Source of the DNA: Eledone cirrhosa
Taxonomy: Eukaryota
DNA length: 64,000 bases
Direction of reading: 5' to 3'
Assembly (NCBI GenBank): GCA_964016885.1
Contig: OZ024765.1
Coordinates: 22,940,001 to 23,004,000 of the forward strand
Both the position numbers and the translations under genes were made by a program. Positions 54,574-64,000 of this stretch are shown piece after piece; position 1 is the stretch's first letter; each line of letters starts with the position of its first letter. The notes under the pieces were generated by a model. The model was given only the letters and a program-made list of their open reading frames with translations, searched no databases and was not told the DNA's origin.

Positions 54574-54658
54574 ATGGAAAGAGTGTTGGCTGATCTTGCT
54601 AACGAAGCATCCATTCCCAAATTTCACTACATAAAGAAAACATGTCAAGAAGCGATTG
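54574..54658 (+). CDS. ARFGEF3: First coding exon of an ARFGEF3/BIG3-like protein (MERVLADLANEASIPKFHYIKKTCQEAI + phase 1)
   Basis: ATG in agaATGG context; 85 nt; g|gtaag donor. Resembles the vertebrate BIG3 N-terminus as I recall it (MEEILRKLQKEASGSKYKAIKESCTWALE). No further exons seen in the window. Confidence 0.75.
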
Positions 54659-54694
54659 GTAAGACATTATTTTCTCTCTTCCTCAATTTAGTTG

Positions 54695-55030
54695 TCTGCC
54701 TCTGTGTCTGTCAGTCTGCCTGTCTGTCTATTTATCTATCAACGTTTTCTGTGTGTCTGTCCGTCTGTCTATTTATCTATCTACGTTTTCTGTGTGTCTG
54801 TCTGTCTGTCTATTTATCTATCAACGTTTTCTGTGTGTCTGTCTGTCTGTCTATTTATCTATCTACGTTTTCTGTGTGTCTGTCTGTCTGTCTATTTATC
54901 TATCTACGTTTTCTGTGTGTCTGTCTGTCTGTCTATTTATCTGGCTCTATTTATCTATCTATCTACGTTTTCTGTCTGTCTGTCTGTCTATTTATCTGGC
55001 TCTCTATTTATCTATCTATCTACGTTTTCT
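54695..55030. repeat. (TCTG)/(TCTA)-rich repeat, left flank of Tx1
   Basis: Direct reading of the sequence. Confidence 0.88.
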
Positions 55031-55033
55031 GTA

Positions 55034-57373
55034 TCTCCAGGTCTCGACGGTCTACCCTACGAATTTTATGTAGCAATGCCGGACTTATTCTCTGTTTTTC
55101 CTGGAAGCGGTCTACTGCAGCTGGCAGCAGAACGGGAGAATTCCCAGTTCTGTGACCAAGGGCGCAGTCACGCTAGTCAGGAAGGACGAGAACAAGGGGG
55201 ATGACATAGGCAACTTCCGGCCCATAACTCTGCTCAACACAGAGTTACAGATTTTGGCCAAGGTGTTGGCAAAGAAGCTGGCGCTTGTCGTCGAAAACCT
55301 GGTGGGAGAAGCGCAGACATGCGCATTCCCGACCAGGTCCATACACGATAACCTCCACCTCATGCGATACATCATAGAGAGGGTAGGGTGTAAACCCGGC
55401 TTCGGTGGGGCCCTGATCAACTTGGATCAGTCTAAGGCTTTCGATAGGATTGACCATCGTTATCTGGATGCGGTGCTCGAGGTGTGTTCAGACCCGTGTT
55501 CAGGGGCTGGATTGCTGCAATGCATAACAGCAACATCTGGTCAAGGGTTAAGGTCAACGGCTACCTCTCGGAGCCGTTCCATATCACGCGATCCCTCCGA
55601 CAGGGATGCCCTCTCTCCTCCCTTCTGTACGTATTGACTCTCGAGCCACTACTGCGGAAGTTGGAGCTATTGCAGGGCATCCCTCTGGAACTGGGACTGT
55701 GGAAAGTGGCGTCGGCCTACGCCGACGACGTGACAGTAATGGTGTCGAGCGCCTCGCAAATCGAGGAAGTCGGCACCTTACTGAAGGAATACGAAAGGTT
55801 CACAGGAGCGAAGCTGAACCGGGACAAGTCCATCGGTTTGCAACTCGGATCATGGAGAGGCAAACCGATGCCTTCCGATGACGTCGTCGGACGCTGGACG
55901 GAAGGACCAGTAAAGCTGCTCGGGGTCTGGTTTGGTCCGGACCTCCAGATGGAGAAGAACTGGAACGAGGTGACGGCCAAGGTGTTTGCACTCACCCAGA
56001 AGTGGGCCGAGTGCAAACTATCATTGAAAGGTCGAGCGGAGGTGGCGAACACTTTTATAGCGTCCGCCATCTACTACCACTTGACCGTCGTGCCTTGTCC
56101 AGCCAAAACGCTTGCCAAAATGGGCCGCGCGCTCTTCCAATTCCTTTGGAAGAGGCGGGCTCCTTTGGTGAGAAGATCCATCTGCTGCCAACACCCTTCC
56201 AACGGAGGGCTGGGGATGCCGTGGCTGACGATGCGCAAACACGCGCTCAGGCTGCGGCATCTCTACATATTCCTTACCGGACAACCGGTGTGGGCCCCGT
56301 TCGTGAGGCAAGCCTTCCCACGACTCGTCTTGCTGACCGAGCTGCAGTCCTCGGTCAAGCAAAGACCGAGGAAAATGGGCGACTGGCACATCGAATGTGC
56401 TCACAGCCCTCTGGCAGGCGGACCCGGCGATCAGTGGAGACTCCACTTCGTCATTCTATAGAGGGTTGGTCCGCAGCAAGTGTGATGGCGTGCTCGGTGA
56501 AACTCTGGGCGTAGAGGAAGATGAACTGGCCAGTCTGTTCGGTAGGACCTTCCACCCGTGACCGATGGATAACTTCCAAAAGTCCCTCGCCTGGCAGTGC
56601 TATCGAGGGGCGCTGCCCGTTCGAGAAAAGCTCTACAGACACGGGCGCTCGGGCAGGGACCCTTCGAAAAAGATCTGTCCGAGGTGCGTGCGCGACGAGG
56701 AAACCGTTGTGCACGCATTTGTACATTGCCCGGGCATCACCAACCTGTGGGGCTATGTAGAACGACTATTGTTGCGGGTGGGACCAATCCAGTTGACCAC
56801 CGAGTCCATTGTCATGATCAAACCGCCACCCTCCTTGAAAAACGAAGGAGAGGCGGTTTTCCTATGTGTTATGGCTATGGTGAAAGAGGTTATATGGTGG
56901 ATGAGGTTAAAAGGGCTGAGGTCAGACACCTTTCTATCTGGCGAACAACTGATTCTTTTTTCCAAATACCATTTTAGAAGAAGGATCAGGATGGAGAGAG
57001 AGGTGCTGTACCCCAGGATGGAGAGAGAGGTGCTGTACCCCAGGATGGAGAGAGAGGTGCTGTACCCCAGCACATTTTATGAAAGGTGGGTGAATGTAGC
57101 AAAGATGGCCCGAGAGGTTGGGCCTTCTCTCTATATAAGCCTGTAAGTTGAGGAAAGAGAGGAAGGGAGTACTCACTCTTGGAGCTCCTGGAGAAGAGGG
57201 TTGTACATTTTTTCAGGGTGTGTACAACCCCTGTGTAACCCCCCCCCCCCCCCCATTGGGGATTTCATTTGTTATTTGTTATTGTATTAATAGTTTTATT
57301 TTCATACACCTGTATGTAAACTCCGCATTTGTATTTGTCCCCTTCTTTTGTGCCCTTGTGGCTAATAAAGAAA
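55034..57373 (+). mobile_element. 5'-truncated, frameshifted Tx1-clade LINE (RT + C-terminal zinc knuckle)
   Basis: SPGLDGLPYEFY, NFRPITLLN, LDQSKAFDRIDH, RQGCPLS, AYADD, LSLKGRA, GGLGMP, CPRC..EETVVHAFVHC. Stop at 57146; AATAAA at 57364. Confidence 0.92.
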
Positions 57374-57895
57374 TGTATCTGTCTCTATGTCAGCCTGTCT
57401 GTCTGTCTCTTTATCAGCCTGTCTATCTGTCTCTCTGTCAGCCTGTCTGTCTGTCTCTTTATCAGCCTGTCTGTCTGTCTCTCTGTCAGCCTGTCTGTCT
57501 GTCTGTCAGCCTGTCTGTCTGTCTGTCTCTTTGTCAGCCTGTCTCTTTGTCAGCTTGTCTATCTATCTCTTTGTCAGCCTGTCTGTCTCTTTATCAGCCT
57601 GTCTGTCTGTCTATCTGTCTCTTTGTCAGCCTGTCTGTCTATCTATCTGTCTCTGTCAGCCTGTCTATCTGTCTCTTTGTCAGCCTGTCTATCTATGTCT
57701 CTTTGTCAGCCTGTCTATCTGTCTCTTTGTCAGCCTGTCTATCTTTATCTTTGTCAGCCTGTCTATCTTTATCTTTGTCAGCCTGTCTATCTGTCTCTCT
57801 GTCAACCTGTCTGTCTGTCTCTCTGTCAGCCTGTCTGTCTATCTGTCTCTCTGTCAGCCTGTCTGTCTATCTGTCTCTTTGTCAGTCTATCTGTA
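57374..57895. repeat. (TCTG)-rich minisatellite (gtcagcctgtctgtctgtctct), right flank of Tx1
   Basis: Direct reading of the sequence. Confidence 0.9.
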
Positions 57896-58216
57896 TCATG
57901 TCTCCCTATTTAACAACTAGTGACCCTCAGCCATCAATATTGATAGCAATATTGTTGAATATATTTAATTCCTGGTATTAATAATCCCTATATTCCAGGA
58001 TTATTGGAGATAGGAACAACAATACATTCCTGGAAATTTGTGTTTTGATAAATTTATGATTTGCATAAGAGAAAGGCTATAGTTTATTTTGACTACCGGC
58101 ATCTGAAATCCATTGAAGATAAGATATGATATTTTAGTAATATATTTCTAGGATATAATTACATAAATGTACAGCATGTATGTATAAATGATATACAGGG
58201 TTTCATGTATGAGTGG

Positions 58217-60289
58217 CTTTGGTGAAATAACTATTTATAGGGACAAATGTAGGGTTAGAACCCAGGACCTTGTGTAACTTTGGTGAAATAACTATTTACA
58301 GGGACTAATGTAGGGTTAGAACCCAGGACCTTGTGTAACTTTAGAGAAATAACTATTTACAGGGACTAATGTAGGGTTAGAACCCTGGACCTTGTGTAAC
58401 TTTAGAGAAATAGCTATTTACAGGGACAAATGTAGGGTTAAAACCCTGAACCTTGTGTTACTTTGGTGAAATAGCTATTTACAGGGACAAATGTAGGGTT
58501 AAAACCCTGAACCTTGTGTTACTTTGGTGAAATAGCTATTTACAGGGACAAATGTAGGGTTAAAACCCTGAACCTTGTGTTACTTTGGTGAAATAGCTAT
58601 TTACAGGGACTAATGTAGGGTTAGAACCCTGGACCTTGTGTAACTTTAGAGAAATAGCTATTTACAGGGACAAATGTAGGGTTAAAACCCTGAACCTTGT
58701 GTTACTTTGGTGAAATAGCTATTTACAGGGACAAATGTAGGGTTAGAACCCAGGACCTTGTGTAACTTTGGAGAAATAGCTATTTACAGGGACAAATGTA
58801 GGGTTAAAACCCTGAACCTTGTGTAACTTTGGTGAAATAGCTATTTACAGGGACAAATGTAGGGTTAAAACCCTGAACCTTGAGTAACTTTGGTGAAATA
58901 GCTATTTACAGGGACTAATGTAGGGTTAGAACCCAGGACCTTGTGTAACTTTGGTGAAATAGCTATTTACAGGGACAAATGTAGGGTTAAAACCCTGAAC
59001 CTTGAGTAACTTTGGTGAAATAGCTATTTACAGGGACAAATGTAGGGTTAAAACCCTGAACCTTGTGTAACTTTGGTGAAATAGCTATTTACAGGGACAA
59101 ATGTAGGGTTAAAACCCTGAACCTTGTGTAACTTTGGTGAAATAGCTATTTACAGGGACAAATGTAGGGTTAGAACCCTGGACCTTGTGTAACTTTGGTG
59201 AAATAGCTATTTACAGGGACAAATGTAGGGTTAAAACCCTGAACCTTGTGTAACTTTGGTGAAATAGCTATTTACAGGGACAAATGTAGGGTTAAAACCC
59301 TGAACCTTGTGTAACTTTGGTGAAATAGCTATTTACAGGGACAAATGTAGGGTTAAAACCCTGAACCTTGTGTAACTTTGGTGAAATAGCTATTTACAGG
59401 GACAAATGTAGGGTTAAAACCCTGAACCTTGAGTAACTTTGGTGAAATAGCTATTTACAGGGACAAATGTAGGGTTAAAACCCTGAACCTTGAGTAACTT
59501 TGGTGAAATAGCTATTTACAGGGACAAATGTAGGGTTAGAACCCAGGACCTTGTGTAACTTTGGAGAAATAGCTATTTACAGGGACAAATGTAGGGTTAC
59601 AACCCAGGACCTTGTGTAACTTTGGAGAAATAACTATTTACAGGGACAAATGTAGGGTTACAACCCAGGACCTTGTGTAACTTTGGAGAAATAACTATTT
59701 ACAGGGACAAATGTAGGGTTACAACCCAGGACCTTGTGTAACTTTAGAGAAATAACTATTTACAGGGACTAATGTAGGGTTACAACCCAGGACCTTGTGT
59801 AACTTTAGAGAAATAACTATTTACAGGGACAAATGTAGGGTTACAACCCAGGACCTTGTGTAACTTTAGAGAAATAGCTATTTACAGGGACAAATGTAGG
59901 GTTACAACCCAGGACCTTGTGTAACTTTGGAGAAATAACTATTTACAGGGACAAATGTAGGGTTACAACCCAGGACCTTGTGTAACTTTAGAGAAATAAC
60001 TATTTACAGGGACTAATGTAGGGTTACAACCCAGGACCTTGTGTAACTTTAGAGAAATAACTATTTACAGGGACTAATGTAGGGTTAGAACCCAGGACCT
60101 TGAGTAACTTTAGAGAAATAACTATTTACAGGGACAAATGTAGGGTTAGAACCCTGGACCTTGTGTAACTTTAGAGAAATAACTATTTACAGGGACTAAT
60201 GTAGGGTTAGAACCCAGGACCTTGAGTAACTTTGGTGAAATAACTATTTACAGGGACAAATGTAGGGTTACAACCCAGGACCTTGTAAC
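58217..60289. repeat. 61-bp minisatellite, ~34 copies
   Basis: Unit ctttggtgaaatagctatttacagggacaaatgtagggttaaaaccctgaaccttgtgtaa. Confidence 0.95.
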
Positions 60290-60344
60290 TGGGAAGCAAT
60301 TTTCTTATTGTACCAACATGATATATATATATATATATATATAA

Positions 60345-62575
60345 TATCATTATCACCGTTTAATGCCCATTTTCCCAAGCTAGCATGGTTTACACGAGTT
60401 GTCCTGTTGTGAGAAATGTTAGGTCAGGTGACAATGTCTTGCTTATGCAGAACTAATTTTGGCTTGATTTCTACAGCTGGATGCCCTTCCTTACACCAAC
60501 CATGTTTACAGTATGGACTGGGTGTTTTTTGTCGTGACACCTACATGACCACTTTACAGAGTGGACTGGGTGTTTTTTGTCGTGACACCTACATGACCAC
60601 TTTACAGTGTGGACTGGGTGCTTTTTGTCGTGACACCTACATGACCACTTTACAGAGTGGACTGGGTGTTTTTTGTTGTGTCACCTACATGACAACTTTA
60701 CAGTGTGGACTGGGTGCTTGTTGTCGTGACACCTACATGACCACTTTACAGTGTGGACTGGGTACTTTTTGTTGTGACACCTACATGACCACTTTACAGT
60801 GTGGACTGGGTGCTTTTTGTCGTGACACCTACATGACCACTTTACAGTGTGGACTGGGTGCTTTTTGTCATGACACCTACATGACCACTTTACAGTGTGG
60901 ACTGGGTGCTTGTCGTGACACCTACATGACCACTTTACAGAGTGAACTGGGTGCTTGTTGTCGTGACACCTACATGACCACTTTACAGTGTGGACTGGGT
61001 ACTTTTTGTCGTGACACCTACACGACCACTTTACAGTGTGGACTGGGTACTTTTTGTCATGACACCTACATGACCACTTTACAGTGTGGACTGGGTGCTT
61101 GTCGTGACACCTACATGACCACTTTACAGAGTGGACTGGGTGCTTGTTGTCGTGACACCTACATGACCACTTTACAGTGTGGACTGGGTACTTTTTGTCG
61201 TGACACCTACACGACCACTTTACAATGTGGACTGGGTGCTTGTCGTGACACCTACATGACCACTTTACAGAGTGGACTGGGTGCTTGTTGTCGTGACACC
61301 TACATGACCACTTTACAGTGTGGACTGGGTGCTTGTTGTCGTGACACCTACATGACCACTTTACAGTGTGGACTGGGTGCTTGTTGTTGTGACACCTACA
61401 CGACCACTTTACAGTGTGGACTGGGTGCTTGTTGTCGTGACACCTACATGACCACTTTACAGTGTGGACTGGGTGCTTGTTGTTGTGACACCTACACGAC
61501 CACTTTACAGTGTGGACTGGGTGCTTTTTGTTGTGACACCTACATGACCACTTTACAGTGTGGACTGGGTGCTTGTTGTCGTGACACCTACATGACCACT
61601 TTACAGTGTGGACTGGGTACTTGTTGTCGTGACACCTACATGACCACTTTACAGTGTGGACTGGGTGCTTGTTGTCGTGACACCTACATGACCACTTTAC
61701 AGTGTGGACTGGGTGCTTGTTGTCGTGACACCTACATGACCACTTTACAGTGTGGACTGGGTACTTTTTGTTGTGACACCTACATGACCACTTTACAGTG
61801 TGGGCTGGGTGCTTGTTGTCATGACACCTACATGACCACTTTACAGTGTGGACTGGGTACTTTTTGTTGTGACACCTACATGACCACTTTACAGTGTGGA
61901 CTGGGTGCTTGTTGTCATGACACCTACATGACCACTTTACAGTGTGGATTGGGTGCTTGTCGTGACACCTACATGACCACTTTACAGTGTGGACTGGGTG
62001 CTTGTTGTGACACCTACATGACCACTTTACAGAGTGGACTGGGTACTTTTTGTCGTGACACCTACATGACCACTTTACAGAGTGGACTGGGTGCTTGTTG
62101 TGACACCTACATGACCACTTTACAGTGTGGACTGGGTACTTTTTGTTGTGACACCTACACGACCACTTTACAGTGTGGACTGGGTGCTTGTTGTCGTGAC
62201 ACCTACATGACCACTTTACAGTGTGGACTGGGTACTTTTTGTTGTGACACCTACACGACCACTTTACAGTGTGGACTGGGTGCTTGTTGTCGTGACACCT
62301 ACATGACCACTTTACAGTGTGGACTGGGTGCTTGTTGTCGTGACACCTACATGACCACTTTACAGTGTGGACGGGAGGCTTCACTAGGTATGCTTCAGCC
62401 TCTCCTCATGGGAAATGTATGGAAGAGTGGGGTGGAGGTGAGGGTGGTGTATATTCTATCTATGCTTCAGCTTAAGCCTGTGCCCATGGGAAGGCAGGTC
62501 TTCTCATCGTCTTAGAGAGGTGTAATTGAGCAACATCAGCTTTTATCACCTCATCCCAAGTCTTCCTGGGTCTCC
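60345..62575 (-). mobile_element. RTE 3' end whose internal UTR motif is expanded into a 48(45)-bp array (~60505-62372, ~39 copies)
   Basis: Flanks align with 26020-26445. The unit tacagtgtggactgggtgcttgttgtcgtgacacctacatgaccactt corresponds to a motif present 2-3 times in other copies. Confidence 0.88.
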
Positions 62576-62619
62576 TCACTCCAAGGCTCCATCGACTTTA
62601 AGCGCTCTGCATTTTAATT

Positions 62620-64000
62620 CTGTTAGATTCCCGGACTTCCACACGGGAATATACCGCGACGATGGACTGACCTTATCGAGCCATAAAACTGGTCACGACC
62701 TCGACCGGTTTAAAACCGACTTAGCTTCTACCTTCAATGAGTTAGGACTTAGGATAACAGTAGCTACCAACCTCTCTAGCGTAGATTTCTTAGACATTAA
62801 TTTAGACCTTCGCACACACACCCACAGACCCTTCCATAAGCTTAACGAAAAACTCAATTACATTCACAAGGACTCATGCCACCCTCCCACTGTTTTTAGA
62901 AACTTTGTAAATAATATCAGTACTAGAATTTCAAACCTCTTCTCTAATAAGGCTATCTTTGACAGAGTGGCACCCTACTATAACACGGTGTTAGCTAACA
63001 GCGGCTTCTCGCAACCTAACACTTACTCTCCCACTAACAACAACAGCAATAAGAAAAGAAAGCGTAACAATAGACAAACTATCTGGTTCTCTCCTCCCTT
63101 CTCACTCAACGTTAAAACCAATGTAGGCAAACAATTTCTAGCCCTCTTAGATAGACACTTCCCCATAGGTCATAAATACCGCTCCATGTTTAACCGACAC
63201 AAAGTAAAACTAGGATACTCCTGCGCTAAGAACATGAAGGCCCACATCACCAAAAGCCCTAAGAGCGACACCCCACCAGGGTGCTCTTGCCGTAAGCCCA
63301 AAGTTTGTCCCCTTCAACAGCAGTGCAACACACCCACTGTAATTTATGAAGCTGTGGTCACTTCCAACCGACCAAATCAACCACAGGAGGTCAAATTCTA
63401 TGTGGGTATGGCGGAGGGCTGATTTAAGGAACGCTTCCTGAACCACCAGTCGACCTTTAGGTACCCGGACAGACGTTCATCCACGAAACTCGCGAGCCAC
63501 GTATGGTCCCTCAAGGACTCAAATATAGACTACTCCATTAAATGGAAAGCCATCACTAAGTCCAAGCCATACGCAAGGGGCAATCCGTCGGTGGACTATG
63601 TTCTGATGAACAAATAAATATTCTAAAGAGATTACGCAATAGTGATTGCCTAAACTCAAGAAATGAATTCTTCACACGTTGTCCACACGTCTGGAAACAC
63701 CTCTTACATAACTACAAAGCTCCGGAGTGAATTGCAACAACATCCTAATTTTCTTATCAACTAGAAACTTTTGGACTTTCGCAGTTATCTCCCTTACACC
63801 TCTCGCACACAATTTAGTATTGCCTGTGTGAAGTGATCGTTTCTGCGCGTGCGCATTCGTACGGTTGTCCTTCCTGTTCCGTATAACCATATCCATTACA
63901 AGCTGAGGATCCGCTAAGGTGAAACAATTATTCTCGGTATGGTGAACTAACTGTTGTGTAACCACTTCTACCTAACTCGTCCCATGGACTGAGTGCTCTA
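62620..64000 (+). mobile_element. 5'-truncated Penelope-like element (RT thumb + GIY-YIG endonuclease, Naiad-like) with 3' pseudo-LTR
   Basis: GIYRDDGL, VDFLDINLDL, IWFSPPFS, CSCRKPKVCPLQQQC..VIYEA..YVGMAEG*FKERFLNH, then a frameshift to LCSDE..LNSRNEFFTRCPH. Final stop at 63730. Confidence 0.9.
63895..63962 (+). ncRNA. Degenerate hammerhead motif in the PLE 3' region
   Basis: uuacaag-CUGAGGA-U-CC-GCUAA-GG-U-GAAA-CAAUUAUUC...GAACUAACUG-U-uguguaa; cleavage-site spacing is imperfect. Confidence 0.45.

Noticed and set aside
60416-62515. 699-aa Cys-rich metallothionein- or keratin-like protein
   Set aside because: It is the antisense reading of an expanded RTE 3' UTR motif.
63420-63422. In-frame TGA in the Penelope GIY-YIG domain as possible selenocysteine (reported for some Naiad PLEs)
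   Set aside because: The position (YVGMAEG*FKERF) is not a conserved Cys, the zinc-binding Cys are ordinary codons, a frameshift follows, and I saw no SECIS. A simple nonsense mutation is more likely.

Overview
Eukaryotic, AT- and repeat-rich animal DNA, most likely an octopod cephalopod (inferred from the SINE/RTE families and microsatellite load). Main contents: (1) a + strand ABHD4/ABHD5-family alpha/beta-hydrolase gene with five phase-consistent GT-AG coding exons (3635-3720, 21619-22143, 28760-28871, 29798-29984, 38613-38723) and a weak candidate first exon at 1417-1463; one 17.9-kb intron is almost entirely a single CA-rich minisatellite; (2) a tRNA-Thr(AGT) at 46895-46968 (-); (3) the probable first coding exon of an ARFGEF3/BIG3 homologue (54574-54658); (4) decayed retroelements: RTE, CR1, Tx1 and Penelope-like (PLE) elements plus tRNA-derived SINEs; (5) many tandem arrays, several built from pieces of those retroelements. 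Nearly all long ORFs in the track are repeat artefacts. The most interesting signal is a set of about eight hammerhead-ribozyme (HHR) folds, found by eye, in small PLE-derived, often palindromic, (TA)n-flanked elements. They include a mirrored pair in a 268-bp palindrome and a three-copy variant with a non-canonical core (CAGAAGA, U-U at 10.1/11.1, CUU site), one copy lying sense inside an ABHD intron. All folds, coordinates and family assignments were made manually, without searches.
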